Shown: positions 35,308 to 45,614 of the stretch, in pieces
Layout: every line of letters begins with the position of its first letter
Numbering within the stretch: position 1 is the stretch's first letter
Assembly: GCA_963766715.1 (NCBI GenBank)
Contig: CAVYBH010000017.1
Location: forward strand, 1 to 64,000
Length of the DNA: 64,000 nt
Direction: 5' to 3'
DNA from: an uncultured delta proteobacterium
Lineage (GTDB): Bacteria > Myxococcota > Myxococcia > Myxococcales > Anaeromyxobacteraceae
Program-made: the position numbers and the translations under genes
The notes under the pieces: model-generated
Told to the model about the DNA's origin: nothing
Seen by the model: only the letters and a program-made list of their open reading frames with translations
The model's database searches: none

Positions 35308-36678
35308 TCAAGTCCCGGCGGATTCCGGGCTTCCCGCCTGCCGGCGGCGCCACCAGTCGCGCAAGTGCTCGGAAAGACCGGCGCGGGTATTCACCGCCGG
35401 GTCGACCAGGGCGGCGTCGAGCAGGTGGCGGAGCCCTTCCCCCACCTCCTTGCCCCCCGTCGACCCGAGGATCTCCATGGCGTCCCTTCCGCCGATGGCC
35501 AGCTCCGAGACCGCGAGCGGGGGATTCCGTCCCAGCTCGGCTGCCACCCGGCCTCGCAGCCTGGCCACCTCGGCCATCCGGCGAGCCGAGCGGGGTCCCT
35601 GGTGGCGCGCATCGGCGGTCCAGAGGTCGAGCAAGAGCGGCAGGTGCTCGCGGCCGGTCCCGGACAGGAACCTGCGCACCTCGACTCCGTCGCCCTCGAG
35701 GCCGGGCGGAGACCCGTGATCGGGCCCGTGCCGGGCTCCGGCGAGAGCTGCGACCGCGGTCCCGACCCGGTTCGGGAGCCGCAGCTCGACCACGGCCTGC
35801 TGGGCCTCGGCCGCGGGGAGCACGTGCAGCAGGCCCGCCAGGCGAAGGAGCCGGCAGCGGTCCCGATCGCCCTCCTCCTTCCCGGTGCAGGGCGGGAACG
35901 GCTCCGCGGCGACGGCGAGCGCGTGGCGCACCCGCTCCGCGGGCATGGAGCCCAGCCGCGGGAGGACGATGGGGAGGAGCCCGGTGGCCGAAAGCGCCTC
36001 GAGCCCTTCGGCTGCGTGGGCGCCGACGAGCAGCCTGGACAGCTCCTCGGCGACCCGCTCGCGGGACACCTGCCCCACGACCCCCAGGGACGCGGGAATG
36101 GCGCGCCGGGTCGCGGGAGCCAGCGAGAACCCCAGCTGCGACACGAAGCGAACCGCACGCAGCGGACGCAGCCCATCCTCGCCGAAGCGCTCCCGGGCGT
36201 CGCCCACGGCCCGGATCCGCTTCCGGGACAGGTCGACCTGCCCGCCGAACGGATCCCGCAACTCCCCGGAGAGCGGGTCCCAGGCCATCGCGTTCATGGT
36301 GAAGTCGCGACGGCCCAGATCCGCCTCCAGATCGCCGTGAAACGTGACCCGGCTGGGCCGCCGCCCGTCGACGTAGTCGGCCTCGCCACGGAACGTGGTG
36401 ACCTCGACGCGCGCGCTCCCCTCGAGGACCGTCACCGTTCCGTGCTCGATGCCGGTGGGGATGACCTTCCGGAAGAGCTGCTTCACCTGCTCTGGCGTCG
36501 CGGGCGTCGCCAGGTCGAATTCCCCGGGGTCATGCCGGACGCGGGAGAGGAGCAGGTCCCGGACCACGCCTCCCACGAGCCACGACCGGTGACCGGCCTC
36601 GCCGAGGCGGCGAAGCACGGCCTTCACCTCGTCCGGGACGGCGTCGGCGTGGAGACGGCTCGGAGGTTTCCTCGTCAT
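35308..36678 (-). CDS. tRNA nucleotidyltransferase (CCA/polyA polymerase family)
   Basis: VGGVVRD, FDLAT, EVTTFR, RRDFTMNA, EDGLR, VSRER. Confidence 0.9.
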   Translation of the reverse strand: MTRKPPSRLHADAVPDEVKAVLRRLGEAGHRSWLVGGVVRDLLLSRVRHDPGEFDLATPATPEQVKQLFRKVIPTGIEHGTVTVLEGSARVEVTTFRGEADYVDGRRPSRVTFHGDLEADLGRRDFTMNAMAWDPLSGELRDPFGGQVDLSRKRIRAVGDARERFGEDGLRPLRAVRFVSQLGFSLAPATRRAIPASLGVVGQVSRERVAEELSRLLVGAHAAEGLEALSATGLLPIVLPRLGSMPAERVRHALAVAAEPFPPCTGKEEGDRDRCRLLRLAGLLHVLPAAEAQQAVVELRLPNRVGTAVAALAGARHGPDHGSPPGLEGDGVEVRRFLSGTGREHLPLLLDLWTADARHQGPRSARRMAEVARLRGRVAAELGRNPPLAVSELAIGGRDAMEILGSTGGKEVGEGLRHLLDAALVDPAVNTRAGLSEHLRDWWRRRQAGSPESAGT

Positions 36679-36690
36679 GCTTCCCGCAGT

Positions 36691-37522
36691 CTACTTCGGG
36701 AACATGAAGGTCACGACCATCCGGGTCAGCCAGGGGGACCCGCCGTCGGGGTGGACCACGTTGGCGTAGAAGCCCAGGGAGAGCGAGATGGGGACCTTCG
36801 CGATGGAGAGGGTCTTCGAGAGCGTCGCGCCGACGGGCACGAGCCATTGCTCCCCGTGCAGGTTCCAGTTCTTCACGAAGGTGGGCGACGTGCCGATCGA
36901 CCACGCCTTCGGGAGGTTGTAGTTGAGGAAGACCTGGATCGACGTGGTGTCGAGGTGCATCGAGCCCATCCGCGCGAAGGCGTCGAGCTGGGTGATGAGC
37001 GTGCCGAGCACCCAGGGGCCGTCCATGTAGACGAGCGCCACCACGGGGCCAGCGGCGAAGCAGCCGGTCGCCACCGCGTCGTTCGTCGCCGTGGGGAAGG
37101 AGAAGACCGGACCGACTCCCCAGATGAGCTTTCCCGCCGCCGACGGCGACAGGAAGGTCTCGAATCATGATCTCGCCGAGCCCGGTGCTCCGCTCTCCGT
37201 TCGCGAGCGGCACGTTGTAGTAGGGCACGATGGGGCGGACGATCAGGTTCCAGGTCGCGTCCATCTCGATCGGGATGACCGGCTGGAAATTCAGGTTGTA
37301 GGCCGCGGCGTTGCCGGCGGAGCCTCCCCCGTTGAAGTTGTTCTGGAACGGGATCGACACCAGGTCGGCGAGCGGGTTCTGGAGCTGCTTGGCGAGCTCG
37401 TCCAGGGACGCACCCGCGAGCGCCGCGGCCGCGTGGGGCAACGGCGCGTGGGCCGGGGCGTCGGCGGCGGGAGGCTCGGCGGGTCCGGCGAGCAGGACCA
37501 GGGCGGTGAGCGCGGCGAACAT
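36691..37522 (-). CDS. Secreted/outer-membrane beta-barrel-like protein (frameshift near 37165)
   Basis: Signal peptide; ELAKQLQNPLADLVSIPFQNN, NFQPVIP; C-terminal half in ORF 36691-37074 ends VTFMFPK. Confidence 0.7.
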
Positions 37523-37679
37523 GCACGGGATCTGTCCATGCCGCCCCCCCGTTCGGCCAGTGAATCCTTGGGGGATCCCCCTCGAACCGACGCGCTCCTC
37601 TGCGGAGCGTCGGGCTTCGCCATCGCGCGCGGGTCGTGAGCGGGGCTGAGGGGGTCGCCACTCCCCCCCAGGTGCTCGA

Positions 37680-38039
37680 TCAGTGGGCGAGCGCGATCGT
37701 CGCGGGCTGCGTGTTCAGCGAGTGGCATTCCCCGGCGAACCCGACGCCTCCCAGGTACGCGACGGTCGACGAGACACAGAACGTTCCCGTCGAGGTGGAC
37801 GACGGCACCGTGAAGACGGTCTGGCCGGAGGCGTTGGTGTTCTGCGTCGAGAGGGCCCCCGTCACCACCGGAGGGCTCTGCGCCTGGTCGATCCCGGTCG
37901 AGGCGACGACCGGCGAGTCCTGCAGGACCGCACCGTTCAGCGTGACGGTGACGGTGACGTGCGACACGGCGGGACCGTCCGAGCCTCCGCACCCGGCCAG
38001 GCCGAGCGCAACGGCGAGCAGCAACGAGGACCGCTTCAT
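37680..38039 (-). CDS. Hypothetical lipoprotein
   Basis: MKRSSLLLAVALGLAGC lipobox; AAGGA RBS; beta-rich mature part. Confidence 0.75.
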   Translation of the reverse strand: MKRSSLLLAVALGLAGCGGSDGPAVSHVTVTVTLNGAVLQDSPVVASTGIDQAQSPPVVTGALSTQNTNASGQTVFTVPSSTSTGTFCVSSTVAYLGGVGFAGECHSLNTQPATIALAH

Positions 38040-38224
38040 GTGTGTTCCTTTCTCGAGTGGGCAGGACCGCAGACGCAACCCCCGACCGCGAGGAGAGCGC
38101 ACCTGCGCCCGTCGAGGTGAAGCCATTGGGGATCGGGTTGGCTCGACCCCGGGTCCCAAGGGCCGATCCGGAGCGCGGATTCCGATCGCGCACCTCCGGC
38201 CGGAGGCGCGCGGCATCGATATTC

Positions 38225-38265
38225 TGGTGGCCCCGGCGTGACTCGAACACGCGACCTGCGGTTTA
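38225..38265 (-). repeat. att site: duplicated 3' half of tRNA-Arg(CCT)
   Basis: 40/41 identical to 46121-46161; identity ends in the anticodon loop. Confidence 0.93.
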
Positions 38266-38352
38266 TGAAGCATGGGATGGGCTCAACGGCCTCAGGCACT
38301 TGCCCGTTTCGTTGGGTTTTCGTGGGGGTAATCGCGGGTCGTTGAGGGTGCT

Positions 38353-38404
38353 CCGTCATGAAACCGTCATGAAGGTGCTCGCGGACCGAGCAGAACGTCA
38401 TGAA
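38353..38404 (+). repeat. Putative integrase arm-type sites
   Basis: CCGTCATGAA at 38353 and 38364 (11-bp period) plus ACGTCATGAA at 38395, about 90 bp inside the att. Confidence 0.6.
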
Positions 38405-38502
38405 GGTTGGATGGGGGCTCCGGTCGCAGTGCGGCGCTACCCTGCTGTGTCACCCTACCCTTCATTGCCAGCCCGCAGTCCTGTCCCGGTAGCCTTCGCC
38501 CC

Positions 38503-38709
38503 GTGCAACATCTCCAGCCCGGGGACATGGTGCGATGTGACTTCTGCGGGAAGAACGTCGCCGTCATTCCACCGCCGATGACCACGCAAAACGAGCCGTA
38601 CCCGGGCAGCAGGACCCGCGCCTGGAGAGGCACGAGTCGCTGTGGAGGCCGCCGAAGGGGTAGCGGGGCGGTTGGGCTAGTGCGCGAGCTACGGGAAGCA
38701 GGGCGGTAA
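38503..38709 (+). CDS. Small CxxC (zinc-ribbon-like) protein
   Basis: VQHLQPGDMVRCDFCGKNVAVIPPP; similar to ORF 45615-45791. Confidence 0.5.
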   Translation: MQHLQPGDMVRCDFCGKNVAVIPPPMTTQNEPYPGSRTRAWRGTSRCGGRRRGSGAVGLVRELREAGR

Positions 38710-38784
38710 ATCGCTCCTCCATCGGGCAATCGAAGATTCCCCGACGGGCGCCGGTTGAAAGGGGTGGCGAAGGAGGTGCACGCT

Positions 38785-39072
38785 ATGCCCCACGAGCTGG
38801 AGCTACTCGTCGCTGAACGGGAGAGCGCTCGATACGCATTCATCCAGGCGAGGCTGGCCCGCGACTCGGCGTCCCGGTACCTCGACGCGGTCCTCGACGA
38901 CTTCGCTGCGATGCGTGCAGCCTGGGATGTCCTCGCGGCGAAGCAAGAAGAGATGGACCGCGCTTGTGACCACCTCGCAACCACCAGCTCGGCGGTCACT
39001 GCGAACCTGATGGAGCACCGGAAGCGCAGCGGAAAGACGCCGGGGGCCACGTCGTCGTCACAGGACAGCTAG
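38785..39072 (+). CDS. Hypothetical helical protein
   Basis: AAGGAGG RBS 8 nt before the ATG; coiled-coil-like composition. Confidence 0.6.
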   Translation: MPHELELLVAERESARYAFIQARLARDSASRYLDAVLDDFAAMRAAWDVLAAKQEEMDRACDHLATTSSAVTANLMEHRKRSGKTPGATSSSQDS

Positions 39073-39121
39073 ATTAGATCCGGCCCGGGACGACGACGGA
39101 CAGGGAAGAAGCCGGAAGGGC

Positions 39122-39439
39122 TCACCGGCCGTCGGCGTGGCGCCTCCGGCGTCCGAGGTGAGGCCCCGGGGCGCGAACGACACACGGTTGAGCGACGCCC
39201 AGCCTGAGGCACCACAATCTCGATGCTTCAACGAACGGAAGCAGCTCCGCGTCGAACCCTTCGCCTTGCGCGAACCTGAGCAGTTTCTTGAAGGCGCCGG
39301 CGGCGGATTTGTCGTTCGCGCCTTCGGCCGCAAGCCAGAACGGTTCAAGACCCGGAAGGCGCTTCGCTTGACCGCTGATCGTTAGATACGCGTCTATGCG
39401 ACCCAAGAGATCCACGAACGAAGCCCGCCCTTCACGCAT
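39122..39439 (-). CDS. Hypothetical protein
   Basis: Protein-like composition over the first ~85 aa; C-terminus may be frameshifted. Confidence 0.4.
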   Translation of the reverse strand: MREGRASFVDLLGRIDAYLTISGQAKRLPGLEPFWLAAEGANDKSAAGAFKKLLRFAQGEGFDAELLPFVEASRLWCLRLGVAQPCVVRAPGPHLGRRRRHADGR

Positions 39440-39586
39440 GAGGTCATTGTAGGGGCGGAACTGGACCCTGTCCGTAGGAGAAACCCCGTAGGTCCAGAGG
39501 TCGGAGCCGCGTGGGATCCTTCCCTCGTGACAACTAGCCGCAAGCGAACCGGGCCGCCCCTGCCGCCGCGGGAGCCGCCTTGCCGC

Positions 39587-39802
39587 TCAAACTAAGTGGC
39601 CTGCATCCGCGCCATCTACGAATGAGCATGCCGTGCCAGCGTCAAGGCGCAACGCCTCCGCTACGCCAGCGGTCCAGGCATCTGCCAGCGACATAAACCA
39701 TCGGTTGAGGGCGACGCCATCTAGGGCCGCCGTCCACCGATTGTGCGTGGCTGTCACTTCGAGGGTGTGCACCCCAACCGCGTAGGCCACCTTCGTGGTC
39801 AT
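39587..39802 (-). CDS. Small hypothetical protein
   Basis: MTTKVAYAVGVHTLEVT...RWTAALDG...DAWTAGVAEALRLD; compact beta/alpha pattern. Confidence 0.55.
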   Translation of the reverse strand: MTTKVAYAVGVHTLEVTATHNRWTAALDGVALNRWFMSLADAWTAGVAEALRLDAGTACSFVDGADAGHLV

Positions 39803-39837
39803 CCCTAACCTATCCACCCTATGTGAAGACTTCGCCG

Positions 39838-40020
39838 TCATCTGTGCTCACGTTCGATTGCCGGGCCAACCTGGCCGTACAGTCCCCGGGCGATGGCCTC
39901 CTGCAGGATCTCCCGCGTGTTCTCGAGGTGTTTCGCGAGGCTGATTCGCCCGGCGTTGTGAGCAGCGCGGCTATCGGCCACGGCACGGGCGAGTTCCGCT
40001 GGTGATTTGAGGAGCGACAT
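39838..40020 (-). CDS. Small hypothetical protein
   Basis: 60-aa helical ORF with ATG start. Confidence 0.4.
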   Translation of the reverse strand: MSLLKSPAELARAVADSRAAHNAGRISLAKHLENTREILQEAIARGLYGQVGPAIEREHR

Positions 40021-40185
40021 GCTCAGTCAGAGTGTCGCACTGGATGCGCAGCCCGCCATCCCAAGACCGAGCGGCAAGGAATAGTGGGAGTGGCGCGCAC
40101 ACCTCCAGGGCCACTTCCGCGTGATGCTCGCGCCGGGTCGGCGGCGGACCCCGATCAGATTCGCTCATGACCCCCCGGGGATCGA

Positions 40186-40435
40186 AACGCAGAGGCGGGC
40201 GCACGGAGTGGGAGGCATCTCGGGCGCCACGCCTCGTCGAAAAGGCGGTGCCTCTGCACGGTCTAGGATGGCCAAGAGCCGGTTGACTCGTCTATCGGTC
40301 AGGCGGGGTGGCCTGATTGCCCCAGAGCCAGGCGCGGGAGGAACGCAGAGGCGGGCGCCCGGAGGTTGCGGGGGGGAGTAGATCCGGGCGCCCTGCCTCC
40401 GACGGCGCGAGGATCCCAGCCCCAACACGGTCCAG
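40186..40435 (-). repeat. Two tandem hairpin units (candidate sRNAs)
   Basis: AACGCAGAGGCGGGCGC at 40186 and 40342; hairpins 40192-40235 and 40348-40399; CACGGTCYAG at 40257 and 40426. Confidence 0.6.
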
Positions 40436-41080
40436 CTATCCGTTTTGTGCTACGCCCCGAGATTCGTGCCAAATGGCACCGCCTCGAAAGGCGAAGGCCC
40501 CGCGCTGGCTGAGCCTCGGAGCCTTCTTCCTTCGAGACCTCACCGGCTGACCTATGGTCTCTGATCCAGGGGCAGGCGGCGGTGGAACAGCGGAGCGCTG
40601 TGAGCACATCTCCAACCGGCGGCAGTCTCGGCAGCAGCCTCCCTCCTCCAACCCTTGACTTCCAGTGACCTCGGTGGGGCGACTTGACTGGTGCTGTACT
40701 GAACCAAACGGAGCAGAGTCTTACCCGGGCCTGCTGCACCCTGTGGACCGAGCGCGTGGCTACGGATTGCTCGGATGAAGAGCGAAGCCCCCCGGCATGC
40801 GGTGCGCGCGGCTCTAGTTGCTTTCAGGTAAGCGGCCTAGGTCAGCGTGTCGCTGATCTCGCACGAGGGGGTCCGGCAGCCCAGCCAGATCCCGATTTGG
40901 TCCACCAGTCGGCCCCCCCCCGGGCCTCCAGAAATCGACCCCCGCACCGGCGGTACGTCCAGAAAGGAGGGGCCGGCAACTGGGAACCGGACCCCCGACG
41001 GGAATCGACGCCAGGGCCCCCCGCCCGGGGGGGCGCGTCTTTGCCACCCCTGCGATCCCTGTTTAGTCTGGCCGGGGGGC

Positions 41081-43885
41081 TTGTTCTTGAGCGCTATTCA
41101 GACCCGATCCTTGTTCGAGGACACTCCGGCGGCCCGTCGCCGGCTTGTCCTGGCGCTCTACGCCGCGGTGGCACCCGGTTTCGTGGCCTCCATGCTGTTC
41201 CTTCGCAGGGGCCAGGACAACTTCCGTCCGCTCGCCGTCGTCGTCGCACTGATCCTGTCTGGCGCCCTCTGGGTGTTCGTGCGCCGCACGCCCAGCGTTC
41301 TCGATTGGATCTTCCCGGTCTCCGTCGGGCCGACGATTTGCTGCGGCATCGCATATGCCACGTCGGGCGCGACGGGAGATGCATACCTGGCCCTGGTGGG
41401 GGCCCCGCTCGCATGTGCCGCCGCGCTCTTCGAGCTCCCAGTCGTGCTCGCAGCGCTCTCCACGACCATCGCGACGGTCATCGTGTCCTTGTCGTTCCAG
41501 ATGGGCGCCGGGGCGGCAACCGTGGGCACGATGTTGCTTGCGCCAGCCGCTGCCATCGCTGGATGGGTCATCTATTCGTCGGCGAACCAGTTTCGGGTCA
41601 CGCGCCGCAAGCTAGAGGAGGTGGCGTATCGGGATCACGCATTGCTTAGCAATCTTCCCGACGTGCTGGTCCGCACGGATTGCCTGGGTCGAGTCCTCGA
41701 TGTTCACGTCCCGTCGAAGGACGGACTCGCGTCGCCACGCGAGGACCTCGTCGGAAGAAGCATCCACGAACTGGTTCCCGGGGAGGTGGTCGAGAGCATG
41801 CGGGACGCCGTGGCCAAGGCGATCCAGGACGATGCGCCACAGAAGCTCGAGTACGCCAGCCCGGGGCCGCGGGGCGAGCGCTTCTACGAGGCGCGGTTCG
41901 TGCGTTCGGGACCGGACGAGGTCACGGTCATTCGACGGGACATGACAGACCGCCGCCGCGCCGAGGCCGAGCGCCGGTTCTCGGCCGCGCTCCTGAGTCG
42001 CATGCAGGAAGCCGTCATCGCCGTGGATCTGGATCTCGAACGTGGTCTCCTGGACGGGAGGAGCGGAGCGCATCTACGGGTGGACGGAGGCCGAAGTGCT
42101 CGCGAAGACCCGTCGCGTCCTTCGTGCAACCGGACCTCCCCGACGCCGATGCCGCGGCGTACGCGGCGAGCCTGGCGTGGAGAGGAACGGATCACGCCGT
42201 GGTGCGCCAGCGTCGAAAGGACGGGGCCCCGATCACCATTGACTCCAATGTGGCGGCGCTCCACGACGCGGGCGGCAATCTGAAGGGATACCTGGCCGTG
42301 TGCCGGGACGTCACCATCCAGAAGTCTGCCGAGCGAGCACTTCGGGAGAGCGAGGCGGGGTTGCGTGCCTACTTCGAGTCTCCCGCGGTCGGGATCGCCC
42401 TCACGAGCCCCGAGAAGGGATGGATCGAGGTCAACGACCGGATCTGCTCGATGCTCGGGTACTCCCGAGAAGAGCTCTCCCGCATGACCTGGCTGGAGGT
42501 GACCCATCCTGACGACGTGGCAGCCAACCTGGCGGTGTTCGATCGGCTCGTTGGCCGGGTCAGTTCGACAGCTACTCACTCGACAAGCGATTCATCCGCA
42601 AGGACGGGACGACCTTCTGGGCCCTGGTGTCAGCAAGCTGCGTCCGGCGGGCAGACCGGAGCGTCAAGTACGTCGTCTCCATCTACAAGGACATCGAAGG
42701 GCGCAAACGCGCCGAGGAGGCGCTCCGCGAGAGCGAGCGGTGGCTCCGGCTGAGCCAGGAGATCGCCCGGATCGGGCACTACGTGTACGACATCCAGCGA
42801 GATCACTGGACCAGCTCCGCGGCGCTTGAACTCCATCTTCGGCATCGACGGAGTCCTTCCCTCGCAAGGCTGCGGACTGGTCGTGGATCATCCATCACGA
42901 GGATCGGGCCTCGATGGGGGCATACCTCAGCGAGCTCCTCGCGAACGGGACCCGGTTCGACCGGGAGTACCGGGTGGTGAACCAGACCACCGGCGAGACG
43001 TGCTGGGTCCATGGACTCGGGGAACTCACTCGGGGCCCGGACGGCGAGCCCATCCAGCTCGTCGGGACCATCCAGGACGTCACCGTCCGCAGGACAGCGG
43101 AGACCGAACGGAATGCCTTGCAGGCGAAGCTGGCACTCACGGCGCGCCTCGCGGCGATGGGGACGCTGGTGGCGGGGGTCGCGCACGAGATCAACAACCC
43201 GCTGGCTGCCGGGATCGCTGGCCAGGCGCTCGCACTCGAAGACCGCCCGCGAGGCCCGAAAGCGGTTCGGCGGGGAGAACGCCGCTCGATCATGGAGGAA
43301 GAAGTCCGGCTCCTCGACGAGATGATCGACACACTGGAAGACGCGCAGACGGCCGGGATGCGGATTGCGAAGATCGTCAAGGACCTCTCGGCGTTCGGAC
43401 GACCCAATCCGGCCAAGACGAGGGTCCGGCTCGCCGACGTCGTCGATCAGGCCATGAGCTGGCTGCCGGCCGACGGTCAGCCAGGCGGCCACGATCTGGG
43501 TCGAGGACCTGGGCGCTCCGGACGTGCTCGCCGCCAGCAGCCAGATTGAGCAAGTGGTCATCAACTTGATCTCCAACGCCGCCAGGGCCGTCGAGGAAGG
43601 GACGAGAGGAGAGATCGTCATCCGCATCGGAGTAGTCCGCAACCGGGCAAGGCTCGCCTGGAGGTGGTCGACAACGGCGTGGGCATCCCCCCGGCCAACC
43701 TCGAGCGCGTCTTCGAGCCCTTCTTCACGACTCGTCCGGCTGGCGACAAGGGCGGCATCGGGATCGGTCTCGCGATCAGTCATTCCATCGTGGAAGCGCA
43801 CGGTGGTGAGCTGACGGTGAAGAGCGAAGTCGGCAAGGGCTCGACTTTCACGCTCGATCTCCCCGCGGCGCCCGCGAAAGGGTAA
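41081..43885 (+). CDS. Membrane multi-PAS sensor histidine kinase (many frameshifts; possibly pseudogene)
   Basis: Multi-TM N-terminus, about four PAS/PAC domains (WTGGAERIYGW, VNDRICSMLGYSREEL, THPDD), AHEINNPL, QVVINLISNA, DNGVGI, FEPFFTT, GIGLAIS spread over successive frames. Confidence 0.8.
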
Positions 43886-44442
43886 GTTCGGCCGAGGGCC
43901 AAAGGGGATACCGCAATCCCGGAAGACATCCCCGACAGCACCTACGCCACCAGCACCAGCTTCGGGAGCTTGCAGGCGTGGCTGAACTGGCAGCCCCTTC
44001 AGGCCCATCTACGCGGCGCCCCAACCCACGACCCTGCTCCACCTGGGGTTTACTGGCGATGAGACTCTAGCGATCAAGCCGGGGGGAGGGTCCTGCGTTT
44101 CCCTGCCCCGGTGAACCGTCGGCGCCACGCTCACGCCCATGACCAGACCTCGTTAGCGCCCCCTGGGGCGACGCTGCCGCCCCGCCCATGCTCGCTCCGC
44201 CCACACCCTCGGTGCGTGCCGCCACGGGTCTCCTGGTGCGTCGAGGGGCATCTGCTGCCAGGGTGTGCCAGCGTGAGGCCGGCCCGAGAATCGTCCGGTT
44301 CTAGGCCACCATCCCGCACCTCTGCCCGCCTACACTCCACGACCCGCTGATGGGTGGGGTTATTCGGTCCACCCGTTTACGCTACTTTCATCGCCTTCCG
44401 GAGGGTGCTACGCGCGACGCCAGCGGCTCGTGCTGCCTCGCC

Positions 44443-45311
44443 TACTCAGAGACCAACAACAAGCCGAGCACGGTCTGCGGCAAGCGGATCGCGCTTCGGA
44501 ACCACCTCCTGCCCTTCTTCGGGAGCCGAAGGCTGGACGAGATTGGCCCGGCGCTCGTGGAGGAGTTCAAGGCCCGCAAGCTGAACGAGAAGCAGTTGCC
44601 GAAGTCGGTGAACAACCACCTCTGCGTCCTGCGCAAGCTCCTGAACCTTGCTGCCGAGTGGGAGGTCGATTCCCCATGCTCCGCGTGTGAAGCAGCTCAG
44701 GACCACGCCTTCCGAGGTCCGGTTCCTGGCGTTCGACGAAGCAGAGCGATTCACTCGGGCCGCCGCGCCCGAGTGGAAGGCGTTCGTAGTCACGGCCCTC
44801 AAGACCGGCCTCCGGGTCGGCGAACTCCTGGCGCTCAAGTGGTCGGACGTGGATCTCGTCGACGGGCCAACTGCTGGTTCGCCGAACGCTCTGGCGTGAC
44901 CAGGAGGGACCGCCGAAGGGTGGGCGCTCGCGACCCGTGCCGTTGTCAGGGGAAGCCGTGGCGGCATTGAAGGCCCATCGGCATCTTCGGGGATCCTACG
45001 TGTTCTGTGACGAGGCTGGGATCCGGCTCCCGCCCAGCAGTCGATCAAGGACGTGGTGCCCGCGACCTGCACGAAAGGGTCATTGCCGAAGCGGATCACC
45101 ACGCACGGTCTTCGACACACGTTTGCGTAGTCATCTCGTGATGCGCGGAGTGTCGCTCGAAGGCCGTGAAAGAGCTTCTCGGGCACGCGAGCATCGAGAT
45201 GACTCTGCGGTACCCCACCTCACCCCGGATGTCAGGCGGGACGCGGTCGCCCTGCTCGACGGGCCGGTCCTTGAGGCGAGCGGCGTGGCACCAGGGCGTC
45301 ACCAAGCGTAG
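44443..45311 (+). pseudogene. Tyrosine recombinase/integrase, N-terminally truncated and frameshifted
   Basis: KSVNNHLCVLRKLL, TGLRVGELLALKWSDVDL, PKGGRSR, HGLRHTF, ELLGHASIEMTLRY across several frames. Confidence 0.88.
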
Positions 45312-45527
45312 GGCAAAAGAAGACCCCCCGTATTACCGGGGGGGGGGTTGATGGAGCGGGAAAAGGGATGTGAAGTTTGCCAATAGTGAACCGCTAACGT
45401 GGCGTCGGCACTCACCAAGCTCCACGGATGCGCTGCGGCAGAAACCTTTCCCGCCGATGGACGACTAGACACGACTGGACGGAACTGGACACGAGTGGAC
45501 CGACCTCGTGGCACCAGGGTGTCACCA
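45285..45527. other. attP-like site with a tRNA-Gly 3'-end core
   Basis: GTGGCACCAGGGYGTCACCA at 45285 and 45508; core 45352-45374 reads TTCACATCCCTTTTCCCGCTCCA on the minus strand; 10-bp repeats 45466-45505. Confidence 0.65.
45314..45350 (-). terminator. Intrinsic terminator downstream of the tRNA-Gly-like fragment
   Basis: CCCCCCG/CGGGGGG stem with a TCTTCTTTT tail on the minus strand. Confidence 0.55.
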
Positions 45528-45614
45528 GAACCGGTCCTCTCCGACGGGCAGGTTCCGGGGGGCAGCGTCTGTCACTCCGCCGTGCCCGTCCCCCTCGACT
45601 GCTCTGGCTCGCTG

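Noticed and set aside
38225..38300. Second tRNA gene (CAT anticodon-like)
   Set aside because: Only the 3' half is present; no D-arm or 5' acceptor strand.
39448..39565. GTAGG repeats and a GGGGCGG/CCGCCCC pair, REP-like
   Set aside because: Too short and degenerate; no further copies or RAYT transposase seen.
43890..44440. Possible gene or RNA between the kinase and the integrase
   Set aside because: No convincing ORF, motif or stable structure; probably decayed sequence.
45458..45527. Short repeats as a possible CRISPR array or iterons
   Set aside because: 10-bp contiguous units without spacers, no cas or rep gene; they fit att accessory-protein sites.
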